From an uncultured Chloroflexia bacterium (GTDB lineage: Bacteria > Chloroflexota > Dehalococcoidia > UBA2247 > RBG-13-53-26), in the NCBI GenBank assembly GCA_963720375.1, contig CAVRFM010000009.1, positions 25,202 through 89,201 of the forward strand: 64,000 nt of DNA, in the 5' to 3' direction. The notes beneath the pieces were generated by a model, which was not told where the DNA came from, did not search any database, and saw only the letters and a program-made list of their open reading frames with translations. Below, piece after piece: positions 50,563 to 62,197 of the stretch (position 1 is its first letter; each line of letters begins with the position of its first letter). The position numbers and the translations under genes were made by a program.

Positions 50563-52989
50563 ATGATCAAGCAACTGACTGCCGAAGAGGTGAGAAAAAC
50601 CTGCTCTCCGGCGAGTTTGGGATTTGAAAGCACGGAGAAGTTGGAGGCGGCGCCGACCATCATCGGCCAGAGCCGGGCCCTTCAGGCACTTCAGTTTGGC
50701 CTGGAGATACAGAACTCCGGCTTCAATATCTATGCCGCCGGTCTGCCCGGCACCGGAAAGATGACCGCCATTACCGCTTTCCTGGAACGCGTGGCTAGAG
50801 GCAAGGACACGCCGCCCGACTGGTGCTACGTTCACAACTTCGATGATCCATACAGGCCCAGAGCCCTTAAGCTGGGGGCCGGCATGGCGGCCCAGTTCCA
50901 GAGGGATATGAAGAAATTCACTGAGGCTGCCCAAACGGGTATTCGCAAGGCGTTCGAAAGCGAGGAGTATATCAAAAGGCGGGATGGAATAGGGCGTGCT
51001 TTCAACGAGAAGAGGGAGAAACTATTCAATCAGCTCAACCAGGTAGCCCATGAAAATGGTTTTGCCATTCAGGTATCTCCCATGGGGATAGTCCTTATCC
51101 CGCTGGTGGACGGCAAACCCCTCAGCGAGCAGGAGGTGCTGGCGCTGAACCCCGAGGTGAAGGAGCAGATGGGAAAACACCAGGAGTCTATACAGGGCCA
51201 GATCAAAGAAGCCATGGCCGAGTTGAGGAACTGGGACAGGGAGATCAGGGAGCAGGTCGAGAAGATGGACCATGAAGTGGTTCAATTCATCCTGCAGGTG
51301 CCCATCGAAGAACTGGAGAAGAAGTACGGTGATGCCCCCGGCGTGGTGGAGTATATAAAGGCGGTACAGGGGGATATCATCGAGAACAAGGACCTCTTCC
51401 GCTCACCCCCCGAGGCTAATGACAGCAATCCCTTTATTGCGAGGGTTATGGTTGAGGCCCTTAAAAAATACGAGGTGAATGTCCTTGTCGATAACACAAA
51501 GGTGAAGGGCGCTCCGGTGGTTATCGAGATGAATCCCACCTTCAATAACCTCATCGGCCGTCTTGAGAAAGAGGCGCAGTTTGGTGCTCTCACCAGCGAC
51601 TTCACCATGATCCGTCCCGGATCTATCCACAGGGCCAACGGCGGCTATCTGGTGATCAGGATAGAGGACATTCTTCCGGAACTCATGTCCTGGGAGGCTC
51701 TCAAAAGATGCCTCCGGGAGCGGAAGATCATTATTGAAGAGCTGGCCGAGCGGTTTGGCTTTATCACCGTCAAGGGTATTCAGCCGGAGCCGATACCCCT
51801 GAGTATCAAGGTTATCCTCATCGGCGACAGCCTCTACTACCATATGCTGTACAAACTGGACCGCGAATTTCCCGAACAATTCAAGGTGAAGGCGGATTTC
51901 GATAGCCGGATGGATTGGAATGCTGAAAATGTGAGGCAGTATGCGGCCACACTCTGTACCGTTTGTGATAAAGAGAACCTGCACCACCTGGATAACACGG
52001 CGGTGGCCAAGATCATCGAACACAGCTCCAGGCTGGCGGAGGATCAGCAGAAGCTGTCCACCAGATTTGCCGAGATAGCGGATATCATCAGGGAGGCCAA
52101 CTACTGGGCCGGGTTGGACGGCAAGAATCTGGTCAATAGCGGACATGTCTCCAGGGCCATTGAAAAGAAAGTGTACCGCTCTGACCTGGTCCAGGAGCGC
52201 ATCCGGGAGGTGATAGGGCGCGGCGTTCTCAAAATTGAGACGGAGGGAGAGGTGGTGGGGCAGGTAAACGGCCTGTCGGTGATTGACCTCGGCGACCTTA
52301 CTTTCGGGACACCCAGCCGCATCACAGCCAGCATTTCCGCCGGCCGTGAAGGGCTGATCGATATAGAGCGGGAGGCGAAGCTGGGAGGACCTATTCACAC
52401 CAAGGGTGTCCTCATCCTCAGCGGCCTTATTGCGGAACGCTATGCCGGCAACATGCCTCTCTCCCTGGCTGCCCGCCTTGTCTTTGAGCAGAGCTATTCG
52501 GAGGTGGAGGGCGATAGCGCCTCCAGCACTGAACTCTATGCTCTTCTCTCCAGCCTGTCAGGCGCTCCCATAAAGCAGAGCATTGCCGTGACGGGCTCTA
52601 TCGATCAAAAGGGTGAGGTGCAGGCTATCGGGGGAGTGAACCAGAAGATCGAAGGCTTCTACGATATCTGCAAAGCCAAAGGATTAACGGGCAAGCAGGG
52701 TGTGATTGTCCCATCGAGCAATGTCCAGAACCTTATGCTTCGAGAAGATGTCGTGGAGGCGATACGGCAGGGCAAGTTCGCCATATACAGCGTGGGTAGT
52801 GTGGATGAAGGGATCGAGATCCTCACCGGCGTCAAAGCGGGCAAGCGTCTTGAGGATGGCAAGTTTGAGGAAGGCTCCATCAACGGCCGTGTTCAGAAGC
52901 GCCTGGAGCAGCTGGCCAAAGTAATGCGTGACTTCGGCAAGGATGAGAAGAAGAAGGGCAAAGCGGCAAAGGATAACGAGGCATCGTGA
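50563..52989 (+). CDS. Lon-like ATP-dependent protease (LonB/YcbZ-type AAA+ with S16 peptidase domain)
   Basis: Walker A GLPGTGKMT, a large alpha-helical insert, C-terminal Lon proteolytic domain (GDSASSTEL...TGSIDQKGEVQAIGGVNQKIEG). 808 aa. Confidence 0.85.
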   Translation: MIKQLTAEEVRKTCSPASLGFESTEKLEAAPTIIGQSRALQALQFGLEIQNSGFNIYAAGLPGTGKMTAITAFLERVARGKDTPPDWCYVHNFDDPYRPRALKLGAGMAAQFQRDMKKFTEAAQTGIRKAFESEEYIKRRDGIGRAFNEKREKLFNQLNQVAHENGFAIQVSPMGIVLIPLVDGKPLSEQEVLALNPEVKEQMGKHQESIQGQIKEAMAELRNWDREIREQVEKMDHEVVQFILQVPIEELEKKYGDAPGVVEYIKAVQGDIIENKDLFRSPPEANDSNPFIARVMVEALKKYEVNVLVDNTKVKGAPVVIEMNPTFNNLIGRLEKEAQFGALTSDFTMIRPGSIHRANGGYLVIRIEDILPELMSWEALKRCLRERKIIIEELAERFGFITVKGIQPEPIPLSIKVILIGDSLYYHMLYKLDREFPEQFKVKADFDSRMDWNAENVRQYAATLCTVCDKENLHHLDNTAVAKIIEHSSRLAEDQQKLSTRFAEIADIIREANYWAGLDGKNLVNSGHVSRAIEKKVYRSDLVQERIREVIGRGVLKIETEGEVVGQVNGLSVIDLGDLTFGTPSRITASISAGREGLIDIEREAKLGGPIHTKGVLILSGLIAERYAGNMPLSLAARLVFEQSYSEVEGDSASSTELYALLSSLSGAPIKQSIAVTGSIDQKGEVQAIGGVNQKIEGFYDICKAKGLTGKQGVIVPSSNVQNLMLREDVVEAIRQGKFAIYSVGSVDEGIEILTGVKAGKRLEDGKFEEGSINGRVQKRLEQLAKVMRDFGKDEKKKGKAAKDNEAS

Positions 52990-53033
52990 GCGGCCCTATT
53001 TCACGTTCCGCCTGAACCGGTTCCGGGGGCAGA

Positions 53034-53485
53034 TCATTCTTCAGTGTGTTCGGTGTTTCGAAGAAGCTCCATAGCCTCGATCATCTGCTCTGCTTCCTTG
53101 AGCTGGGCCATGTCTTTGGGAGATTCCTGGAATTTCTCCAGGGCATGGAAGAAACGGTCGAGAACATCGTCTTTAAAGCGGGAATGAGGAAGATGTGAGT
53201 ATGGGGAATCCGCCGCCCCCGGGCATACATAAAGACGAAACTCCGGCGACAAGGCCTTCATCATTTTTTGGCGACATGTTCTGGCAACCCGGAAGAGGCT
53301 CGGGTCTCATCCTCGTCCAGGTCATGCCACCAGGGAACATGTCTCTTGGAAATGACCAGGCTATGCCCCTTCGTGTAGGGGTTTATGTCCAGGATGCAGA
53401 GTGACTTGTCATCCTCGAAGATCTTGTAAGCCTCCGCTCTGCCTGCAACGATATCGCAGAAGGCGCATGTTTCATTCTTCTCCAT
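53034..53485 (-). pseudogene. HIT-like domain protein split by a -1 frameshift in an A6 run (53264..53269)
   Basis: N-terminus CAFCDIVAG...DDKSLCILDINPYTKGHSLVISKRH is typical HIT. ...EHVAKK*. MMKALSPE... follows in the next frame (ATGA overlap). The histidine-triad region is degenerate (SHLPHSRF). Confidence 0.55.
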
Positions 53486-53709
53486 TGGCGTGTTGCTCCC
53501 TCCGTTCTTCCGGCCTGAGATTGTGATGACCTGCCGCCAGAAATTGTACCACTTCCCGGGTTACGGTTGCTGGCATTGGAGCGGCTGCTTTTAGTTATTG
53601 TGATTTGCCACTCAAGTACCTCAATAGATAGTATGTAATAGATGCAGTTAAACAGGCATAGAGGGGTTATCTCATACACCACAATGAATCTGAGAAGGAG
53701 CTGACAAAA

Positions 53710-54877
53710 ATGGGACTGGCGCTTGATGGCATAAAGATAATGAACATGTGCTGGACCGGCCCTGGTGCTTTTTGCACCGAGATGCTGAGTGACCTGGGCG
53801 CTGATGTAATCAGAATCGCTGATGTCCATCCGGAGACCCTTGGTGCGCTGACCATGATGGTGTTCAGTGACTATCCGGGTCTGCGCAACTGCCGGACATT
53901 CGGCGTCAATCTGAAAACGGAGGCGGGTAGAGAGGTCTATAAGGACCTGGCGAAGAGCGCCGATGTTTTGATGGAAGGATTCCGCCCGGGTGTGGTCAAG
54001 CGCCTGGGTATTGACTACGATACTATCAAGGAAATCAACCCGCGGATCGTCTATACGTCCTTGTCCGGCTACGGGCAGGATGGGCCCTACCGGGACATAG
54101 TCGGGCATGAATTGAACTATCTGGCGATCAGCGGTTTTCTGGACTTGACCGGGCCGAAGGGTGGGAAACCTGCCATACCGGGCTCAGTTGTTGCTGATTG
54201 GTGTGGGGGCTTGTCTGCCGGAGTGGGCATTTTGGCGGCGCTGATGGCGCGGGAGCGGACGGGAGAGGGCCAGTTCCTGGATGTTTCCATTGCAGATGCC
54301 ATAACGGAAGTGACATCCATGCAGACAAACCCCTATCTCTACAAACGCGGAACAGTCCCAAAGAGAGGCGAGACTATTTGGAACGGGATGTATCCCTGGT
54401 ACAACGTCTATGAAACAAAGGACAGGAAGCATATCACCATTGCCACATTTGAGCCGAAGTTTTTCGCCAACCTGTGCCGGCTTCTGGGCTGCGAGGAGTT
54501 CATCCCGCATCAGTTCGACGAGGGAGAGAAGCGGGATGAGATATTCCAAGTTCTTTACGGAGAAATTCCGGACTAAAACGCGGGATGAATGGACAGCGCT
54601 GCTGATGGATGCCGATACATGTTTTGCACCGGTCCTGGGTATCGATGAGGTGGAATTCGATCCCCAATTGATTGCGCGGCGGATGATCCTGGAGTCCGAT
54701 CATCCCAAAGCGGGCCGGCTGAAGCAGATTGGCTCCATGCATAAGCTCAGTGATTCTCCGGTAGAGGTGAGGAACTGGGCCACCGGTTTTGGGCAGCATA
54801 CCAACGAGATTCTACGTGAGATAGGTTACACCGATAACCGCATCAGTGAGCTGCGGGAAATAGGGGCGGTTGGTTGA
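53710..54877 (+). pseudogene. CoA-transferase family III (CaiB/BaiF) protein, +1 frameshift near 54547 (extra c in ttcc)
   Basis: N-terminus LDGIKIMNMCWTGPGAF is in one frame. The C-terminus (TRDEWTALLMDADTCFAPV...SDHP..GR) is in the next frame. ...KRDEIF|KFFTEKFRTKTRDEW is restored by deleting one base. Confidence 0.8.
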
Positions 54878-55160
54878 TGGCACCGACCTTGACCATTGTG
54901 CAGCCAGACCTCAGCTTGGATACAAAGAAGGGGCACTGCGTCTAGGTGGTGACGACGGCGCGGCGAGGAGCGAAGCGCATGGCTGCTGGCGCACTTGCGC
55001 GGGGCGCTGGCGGTGGGAGGGGACGAGCGGCTCGGGAGTAGTGTCGACCAGGTCGATCATGGGTCGTTCAGCCCACACTGAGCCATGTTGTGGGAGTAGC
55101 TGAGCTATTGCGTATGGGATGATCTGGGCTTCTTGGATCGTCTGCGTTTCATAAATTCGT

Positions 55161-56020
55161 TTAATTCGCGCTGTGATACTGCAACCCAGACGCCCAAGTA
55201 GTCTCTGAATTTGTGAACAGCGGCTCTGTCGATGACGGTAGATTCCTGTACGCGTCGAATTTCCAAGAAATTTTTGTGGTAAATGCAACAAAGTCCGCGA
55301 GTTGGACACCCTGGTTGGAACAGGAATCAACCTGGGTAATTCGATCTCCTGCCGCCATTTCCCGGACAGGGGGCGAGACCCAACGGCAATCGGATCAAGT
55401 ATGCTTAGATATGGCCAAGCGGATGCGAGGGAGGTCAGAATCATCTCCCAGCGTGGCAGCGCTTTGAGGCATTGTTCATCAGCAAAGATGGGTGCATCTC
55501 CGGCGATGTCGCACTTATCCATCAGTCCTGAGGTTAGCCCGAGGAGCAGTCCTGTCAGGTTCCCAAGGGGTCCAAAACCGTCTTTCGATAGGTTCGGAAA
55601 GGATTCTTGGAGGGACTTGGCAAGATCGGGGTAGGTCGCTTCAGCTCGTTTGGAGATATCAGCTATCTCGACCTTGAGGTCGTCGAGACCGCGTATGCCA
55701 CCCTGGTCCTTGTCTACCAGGACAAGGGCAGTGGCTAGGTTCATATCCAGGAACGTCTTTCGTAATTGACGTAGGACCACTGGTCTCTGATGTCTCGGGA
55801 GAGGCCGCCAGATGTTGCGGCCGTTGAATATGTCAGACGCGTGGAATTCAAAACTTGAATCATTGACATTCACCCACTGAGACACCATAGTCTTCAGAGG
55901 CGAAAGTCTGTCGGTGATGCATTGTAGCTGGGATTCATTGGCAGCAAGCGATGCCAGCACAACGACGCGCTCGTTCTTGTCTGGTAGGGTTCCAGCAAAG
56001 TCGATGAAGACCGAAGACAT
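55161..56020 (-). pseudogene. DUF3800 family protein, apparent frameshift near 55340-55365 (C5 run)
   Basis: N-terminus MSSVFIDFAGTLPD in the long ORF. C-terminal hallmark SNQGVQLADFVAF in a second frame (ORF 55161..55358). The long ORF downstream of 55160 is probably spurious run-on. Confidence 0.5.
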
Positions 56021-56241
56021 AATATGCGTTCTGTGTGCAAAGTCCTGCGTGAAGGGCCGCAATTGCGATATATTCTATCGCTGGTAGGCCTTGTTGTGAA
56101 GTGGGTAGTTCTCCATCTGGATGAGAAATAAGAGCGAAGGGACTGGAAAAAGCGAGCCGTTATGATTATACTGGGATACTCGGTCTCTGGTATCACGGTA
56201 TCCCGCGCAATTTTCTAGACTAGCGAAAGGGGAGTGGTCTG

Positions 56242-58320
56242 ATGCAGAGTTACAGCGCTGAAAGCATACGTAATGTGGTCTTACTTTCACACTGTGGGGC
56301 AGGCAAGACCTCGCTGTCTGAAGCGATGCTGTTCGCTGCCGGGGCCATCTCCCGATTGGGCCGGGTGGATGACGGCAGCACTACCTCTGACTACGATCCG
56401 GATGAGATAAAACGGAAGATCAGTATCAACCTCTCCCTCTTGCCCTGTGAATGGAAGAACACCAAGATCAATATCCTCGATGTGCCCGGCTACGCCGACT
56501 TCGTGGGTGGCGCCATATCGGGTATCCGGGTGGCCGATGGGGCGGTTATCGTTGTCTGCGCCTCCTCAGGTGTGGAGGTGGGCACCGAGTCGATGTGGCA
56601 AGCCGCTGAGGACCGGGCTCTGCCTCGCCTTATCTTCATCAATAAGATGGACCGGGAGAATGCCGATTTCTACAAGGTGGTGGAGCAACTTCAGAGTAAA
56701 TTCGGCCGGCATTGTGTTCCCATTCAGATACCCATAGGAGAGCATGCCGGCTTTGAAGGGGTGGTGGATCTTATCGGTATGAAGGCCTACAAGAAGGACA
56801 GCCAGAAAGAGGACGCAATACCTGCCGCTTTGGAGGGCCAGGCAGGTTCTTTTCGCGATAAGATGGTGGAAACCATAGTTGAACTCGATGATGATCTTAC
56901 CGTGAAGTACCTTGAGGGGCAGGAGATAGCAACGGAGGCCCTTCTCCGTGTCATGGTGTCGGGAGTAAAGGCCGGTAAGATAGTCCCTATTCTTACAGGC
57001 TCGGCGCTGCAGAACGTGGCTGTCTGGCGTCTTCTGGATGCGGTGTGCCAGTACCTGCCTTCGCCGAAAGAGACGGCATCAGTAGAAGCCGTTAATGCTG
57101 CTACCCAGCAGCCGGAGTCGGTCAAGCCTGAGGAAAGTGCTCCTTTAACTGCTCTGGTATTCATGACCAGCGCTGACCCCTACGTGGGTAAGGTGACCCA
57201 TTTCCGGGTTTACTCCGGCTCCATCAGCAGCAACTCTCAGGTGTGGAATGCTAATAAGGGGCAGGCGGAGCGGATCGGTCAGCTCTTCATGTTCAAGGGT
57301 AAAACACAGGAGGCGGTGCCCAAGGTTGTTGCTGGAGACATCGGTTCTGTGGGTAAGCTGGCCGTCACTGTCACCGGTGATACGCTCTCCGCCAAGGAGC
57401 GTCAACTGAAGCTGGCACCGATTGAATTTCCTGAGCCGGTGTTCAGTGTTTCCCTGCATCCCAAGACGAAAACGGATGTGGACAAGCTGGGGACGGTCTT
57501 GCCCAGATTGGTAGAGGAAGACCCCACCATTCGTGTACGCAAGGATGCCGATACCGGAGAGACCGTTCTCTCAGGTATGGGCGACACGCATGTGGATGTA
57601 ACGGCTGAAAGGATGCAGCGCAAGTTTGGAGTGGGGGTGGAGCTGAAGGTGCCCAGGGTTCCGTACAAGGAGACTGTAACTTCGTCGGTGAAATCGGAAT
57701 ATAAGCATAAGAAACAGACCGGCGGGCACGGGCAGTATGGGCATGTCTTAATCGAGGTTGAGCCTCTGCCGAGAGGCACCGGCTTTGAATTTGCCGACAG
57801 GGTGGTTGGGGGTGCGGTTCCCAGGAACTTCATTCCTGCTGTGGAGAAGGGCGTTATGGAGGCACGGCATGAGGGTGTGCTGGCCCGCTATCCTATAGTT
57901 GATGTCAGGGTCACGCTCTATGACGGCAGCGCTCACCCGGTGGACTCCTCGGAAATGTCCTTCAAGATCGCGGCGGCGCAGGCTTTGAAGAAGGCTCTTT
58001 CGCAGGGGCAGGCTGTTTTGCTTGAACCGATAATGCGTCTTAAGGTCACTGTCCCCGAGTCCTTCACCGGTGATATTATCTCCGACCTTAATACCAAGCG
58101 CGCCAGGGTGCTGGGGATGACCCAGGAATATGGCAGCCAGGTGATTGAGGCCCAGGTGCCATTGTCCGAAGTCCTGCGGTATGCCGTGGACCTGAGGTCT
58201 ATTACCCAGGGGCGGGGCACCTATAAAATGGAGTACACCCGTTACGAAGAGGTGCCGGCTTACCAGGCTGAGAAGATCATCAGTGAGCGGGCAGCCGAGA
58301 AGGAAAAAGAGAAGGCTTAG
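56242..58320 (+). CDS. fusA: elongation factor G family GTPase (EF-G paralog)
   Basis: G1 [10 protein letters not shown]3 DVPGYADF, G4 NKMD, full five-domain length (692 aa). Confidence 0.9.
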   Translation: MQSYSAESIRNVVLLSHCGAGKTSLSEAMLFAAGAISRLGRVDDGSTTSDYDPDEIKRKISINLSLLPCEWKNTKINILDVPGYADFVGGAISGIRVADGAVIVVCASSGVEVGTESMWQAAEDRALPRLIFINKMDRENADFYKVVEQLQSKFGRHCVPIQIPIGEHAGFEGVVDLIGMKAYKKDSQKEDAIPAALEGQAGSFRDKMVETIVELDDDLTVKYLEGQEIATEALLRVMVSGVKAGKIVPILTGSALQNVAVWRLLDAVCQYLPSPKETASVEAVNAATQQPESVKPEESAPLTALVFMTSADPYVGKVTHFRVYSGSISSNSQVWNANKGQAERIGQLFMFKGKTQEAVPKVVAGDIGSVGKLAVTVTGDTLSAKERQLKLAPIEFPEPVFSVSLHPKTKTDVDKLGTVLPRLVEEDPTIRVRKDADTGETVLSGMGDTHVDVTAERMQRKFGVGVELKVPRVPYKETVTSSVKSEYKHKKQTGGHGQYGHVLIEVEPLPRGTGFEFADRVVGGAVPRNFIPAVEKGVMEARHEGVLARYPIVDVRVTLYDGSAHPVDSSEMSFKIAAAQALKKALSQGQAVLLEPIMRLKVTVPESFTGDIISDLNTKRARVLGMTQEYGSQVIEAQVPLSEVLRYAVDLRSITQGRGTYKMEYTRYEEVPAYQAEKIISERAAEKEKEKA

Positions 58321-58392
58321 CAGTCCATTACGTAGGGAGAGGTCTTAAGACCTGCCCCTACGCTGTCTCAGGAGTATTCCCCCGGAATAAAG

Positions 58393-58420
58393 TTGAGGAG
58401 CCATTAGAATGGCTCCTCAA
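58393..58420. terminator. bidirectional intrinsic terminator hairpin between convergent EF-G and etfA genes
   Basis: ttgaggagcca-TTAGAA-tggctcctcaa, a perfect 11-bp stem flanked by T/A. A second imperfect hairpin at 58331-58362. Confidence 0.6.
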
Positions 58421-58450
58421 TCAGTTTACAGGTCCGCCGGGTTTCTGCCC

Positions 58451-59449
58451 TTATTCCTTCAGCAGTTCCTTGATCTTCTGGGTGAATGGAGGGAGTGCCT
58501 GCTTCCAGTCTGCTACTATGCCAAATCGCGCCTCTCTGAAGATATTGGCCTCCGGGTCCTTGTTGATGGCGATGATGGTCTTTGACCCTGAGCAGCCTGC
58601 CATATGCTGGCTTGATCCGGAGAGGGCTATAGCGATATAGACGTCAGGGGCCACAATCTTGCCGGTAAGCCCTACCTGTATGCTCGCCGGTACCCAGGCA
58701 TTATCGACAGCAGGTCTGGTGGCGCCAACCGCTCCTTTGAACAATTTGGCCAGCTCCTCCAGTTGCTTGAAGCCTTCTACCCCGCCGATGCCCCTTCCGC
58801 CGGCCACTACTGCCGGTGCATCCTCCAGCTTCACGCCGGCTACCTCTTCCTTGACCTTCTTCACGAACTTGGTTCTTATCTTTGATGCGTCTATGCCGGC
58901 GGCAATATCAACTACTTCGCCCTTTCTTGCGGCATCGCGTGGTAGGGCTGTCATAGCCTTGACGCGCACGGTGGCCAGCTGGGGCAGGCTTTCCATGCTG
59001 AAAATCGCCTTGGCGTTGCCGCCGTAGACCGGCCGTGTCTGGACAAGGTGCTTGGTCTGTGCATCGATATCGAGATCAACACAGTCCATGGAGATCGCTG
59101 TGTTCAGCCTGAAAGCCAGCCTTGGAGCCAGGTCGCGGCCCATCGTAGTCTGTCCCATCAGGACTACCTTGGGCATCACCTGCTTTATAACATTCTCCAT
59201 TGCCGCAACATAGGCATCACTCTGATAGTCTTTGAGCAATGGGTCATCAACAACATAGACCTTGTCTGCGCCGAAGGCGATAGCTTCTGCTGCCAGCCCC
59301 TTGACTCCGCTTCCCAGCAGAACTGCGGACAGTCCTTCGCCCAGCTTGTCAGCCAGTTTCCGGCCGCAGCCCAGCATTTCCGAAGTAATGGCTGCCACTT
59401 TGCCTTCGACGATATCGCCAACCACTAACACGCCTTTGTTATCTGCCAT
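58451..59449 (-). CDS. etfA: electron transfer flavoprotein subunit alpha
   Basis: C-terminal FAD-binding region ([13 protein letters not shown]...IIAINKDP). 332 aa. Confidence 0.9.
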   Translation of the reverse strand: MADNKGVLVVGDIVEGKVAAITSEMLGCGRKLADKLGEGLSAVLLGSGVKGLAAEAIAFGADKVYVVDDPLLKDYQSDAYVAAMENVIKQVMPKVVLMGQTTMGRDLAPRLAFRLNTAISMDCVDLDIDAQTKHLVQTRPVYGGNAKAIFSMESLPQLATVRVKAMTALPRDAARKGEVVDIAAGIDASKIRTKFVKKVKEEVAGVKLEDAPAVVAGGRGIGGVEGFKQLEELAKLFKGAVGATRPAVDNAWVPASIQVGLTGKIVAPDVYIAIALSGSSQHMAGCSGSKTIIAINKDPEANIFREARFGIVADWKQALPPFTQKIKELLKE

Positions 59450-59716
59450 TAGTTCCTCCTTAAGTTGCTATCCTCTCGCAGTGCGTACTTTCCTTTTTCC
59501 CGGTTGAAATCTCTGCTTCTTCACCTTCGCCTGCATCAACAAGAGGGTTTTCGTCAACAGATAATAGTTGGTCCAGCAGCTTGTCTGCTGTTCCCGAGCC
59601 GGGGATTTCAGCAGCTTTCAGCCTGGCGTAGATGTATTCGATGGTGATTCCACAGCACGGCATCTTCTAGTTTTGCCTCTTAAGAAATGTCTCTGTCCTC
59701 ATCTGCTGCAATACTA

Positions 59717-60520
59717 TTAGAGTACCTTGGCTTCTCTCAGGCGGACAGCCAGTTTGGCTGCAGCATCGGCTGCATTCTCGCCCTCAACAATCTCGCATTT
59801 CCCTTCTTTAACCGGCTGGAATAGCTTGACCAGCTTGGTGCGCCGTCCCTTGGCGCCGATCTTTGCAGCATCCACGCCGATGTCCTGGGGCTTCCAGATG
59901 ATAGGCTGTATCTTGGCCGCTTTCATGATACCCTTGAGCGCCGCGTAGCGGGGTTCGCCAAGCTCGTTGGTCACTGTGATGAGGCAGGGCATCGGTGCCT
60001 CCACTACCTCAAAGCCGTCAGCCACCACTCTTTCTACCAGGACCTTGCTGTCAACAACCTCAATTTTCTTGGCCAGGGTTATGCAGGGAATGCCCAGTAT
60101 CTCAGCTATTCCCACGCCAACCTGGCCAGCGTCCCAGTCTGCTGCCTGTCTTCCGCAGAAGATGATGTCAAATTTGCCGATCTTCTTTATGGCCATCGCC
60201 AGAGCATAGGCAGTGGACCAGCTATCGCCTTCCTCATAGGCCGGGTCTTCCAGAAGAATCAGTTGGTCGGCTCCCATTGCCAGAGGCTTCTTCACCACAT
60301 CTCGTACCAGATTGTTGCCCAGGCTCAGTACGGTTATCTTGCTGCCGGCCTTGGCGTCCTTGACCTTCAGCGCAGCCTCGACAGCCGTCTCGTCGAAGGT
60401 GCTGATTACAGGTGGAACGCCTGGCGGGGGGACAACCTTGTTGCTGCTCGGGTCAACCTTGAAGCTGGCGGGTGGTGCTTCGGGGTCGGGTACTTGCTTC
60501 ACGCAAACGATCAACTCCAT
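59717..60520 (-). CDS. etfB: electron transfer flavoprotein subunit beta
   Basis: MELIVCVKQVPD start. 267 aa. Confidence 0.9.
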   Translation of the reverse strand: MELIVCVKQVPDPEAPPASFKVDPSSNKVVPPPGVPPVISTFDETAVEAALKVKDAKAGSKITVLSLGNNLVRDVVKKPLAMGADQLILLEDPAYEEGDSWSTAYALAMAIKKIGKFDIIFCGRQAADWDAGQVGVGIAEILGIPCITLAKKIEVVDSKVLVERVVADGFEVVEAPMPCLITVTNELGEPRYAALKGIMKAAKIQPIIWKPQDIGVDAAKIGAKGRRTKLVKLFQPVKEGKCEIVEGENAADAAAKLAVRLREAKVL

Positions 60521-60764
60521 GAATGATATCCTCCTTTAGGTCGTCACTAGGACTTCAGCTTTGGTGGCCAGCAAACCAAACTTAAATTTAGCATGCGTCG
60601 CTGATTACTGTCAAATTAACTATCAGGGTGAAACACTCTATTGGCCGACGATTGGCCCATGCGGGTGCTGTGAGGCTGTTACCCGGAGTAGTGACCACCT
60701 CGTCCTTGTTGATTAAATGTGGCTGTGTCATAATGAATATTTACTTTAGTCAAGAGACTGAACG

Positions 60765-61142
60765 ATGTGGTGTAGAGGCATCAGGGGGGCTACCGTGGCG
60801 GCGGCGAACAAGAGGGAGGATATCCTGGCTGCAACACGGGAATTGCTGCAAAAGATGGTTGACTCCAACCAGGTGGAGAAGGAGGCGGTAACCTGCATGT
60901 TTTTTACCACTACACCTGACCTTAACGCAGAATTTCCGGCTGTCGCAGCACGCCAGTTGGGCTGGACAGAAACGGCTCTCATGTGCGGCCATGAGATGGA
61001 TGTTCCTCATAGCCTGCCCCGGTGTGTCCGGATCATGATCCTCTTCAATACTGAGAAGAAGGCTGAAGATATTGTGCATGTGTATATCAAGGGGGCCGAA
61101 GTGCTGAGGCAATCGCCGGATAACGGGGGGAAGAGAACTTGA
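60765..61142 (+). CDS. aroH: chorismate mutase, AroH class
   Basis: RGIRGAT...[14 protein letters not shown]...CVRIM...HVYI aligns with B. subtilis AroH-type chorismate mutase. 125 aa. Confidence 0.75.
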   Translation: MWCRGIRGATVAAANKREDILAATRELLQKMVDSNQVEKEAVTCMFFTTTPDLNAEFPAVAARQLGWTETALMCGHEMDVPHSLPRCVRIMILFNTEKKAEDIVHVYIKGAEVLRQSPDNGGKRT

Positions 61143-62197
61143 TCATAGTGATGAAGACAGAGTCCCAGGATAGGGAGATCGCGGATGTATTGGCGCGGCT
61201 GGATAACCTGGGACTGAAGGGGCACCTGTCCAGAGGTGTGGAGCGTACGGTGATCGGGGTAGTGGGTGTTACCGCCGCCGTCCCTGATCTGCGCGAGAGG
61301 TTATCGATGATCCCCGGAGTGGAGGATGTGGTGCCGATCTCCAAGCCGTACAAGCTGGCCAGCCGGGAGTTCAAACCTGAAGACACCGTCATCAAGGTTG
61401 GCGGAGTAAAAATAGGCGGGAATGAAGTGGTGGTCATGGCTGGCCCCTGTGCTGCGGAGACCAGGGAACAGGTAATGAGCACAGCGCGGGCGGTGAAGGC
61501 GGCAGGCGCCAGCATCCTCAGGGGTGGTGCTTTTAAACCGAGCACCTCGCCCTATTCATTTAGAGGTCTGGGAGAGGAGGGCCTCAAGCTTCTGGCTGAG
61601 GCCAAGGAAGAAACAGGGCTGCCGCTGATTACCGAGGTGCTCACACCTGATGACGTGGAGCTGGTAGTCAGGTATGCTGACATCCTCCAGGTGGGAGCGC
61701 GCAATATGCAGAACTTCATCCTGCTGGATGAGGTCGGGAGGGCCAACAAGCCGGTAATGCTCAAGAGGGGCATGTCAGCGACTATTCAGGAATGGCTTTT
61801 GGCGGTGGAATATATATTGTCCCAGGGGAACCGCCAGGTGATTCTCTGTGAAAGAGGCATCAGGACCTTCGAGACCTACACCCGCAATACCATGGATGTC
61901 AGTGCTATACCCATAATTCACAAGCTGAGCCATCTGCCGATTGTGGCTGACCCGAGCCACGGCACCGGCAAATGGTATCTGGTGGCGCCGCTGGCCCTGG
62001 CTGCTGTGGCTGCCGGAGCAAACGGTCTGATGATTGAGGTTCATCCTACTCCTGATACGGCCCTTAAGGATGGTGCTCAGTCCCTCACCTTCGAGCACTT
62101 CCAGGATCTCATGAGGCAGCTGGTCTCCTGTAGCTGCTGCCATGGGGCGCAGTGTGGCTGGGAAAAGGGCTTAGGATTAGAAGGGTATGAGGGCTGA
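61139..62197 (+). CDS. aroF: 3-deoxy-7-phosphoheptulonate (DAHP) synthase, class I-beta with N-terminal regulatory domain
   Basis: VMAGPCAAE...[19 protein letters not shown]...ITEV KDO8PS-like DAHPS core. N-terminal ~70-aa ACT/FL-like domain. Overlaps the aroH stop. Confidence 0.85.
   Translation: MIIVMKTESQDREIADVLARLDNLGLKGHLSRGVERTVIGVVGVTAAVPDLRERLSMIPGVEDVVPISKPYKLASREFKPEDTVIKVGGVKIGGNEVVVMAGPCAAETREQVMSTARAVKAAGASILRGGAFKPSTSPYSFRGLGEEGLKLLAEAKEETGLPLITEVLTPDDVELVVRYADILQVGARNMQNFILLDEVGRANKPVMLKRGMSATIQEWLLAVEYILSQGNRQVILCERGIRTFETYTRNTMDVSAIPIIHKLSHLPIVADPSHGTGKWYLVAPLALAAVAAGANGLMIEVHPTPDTALKDGAQSLTFEHFQDLMRQLVSCSCCHGAQCGWEKGLGLEGYEG

Noticed and set aside
50563-52989. Lon-like protease as a possible BREX BrxL-type defence component
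   Set aside because: No BrxA/B/C, PglX or PglZ-like genes lie nearby. The architecture matches the widespread LonB/YcbZ housekeeping-type Lon-like protease.
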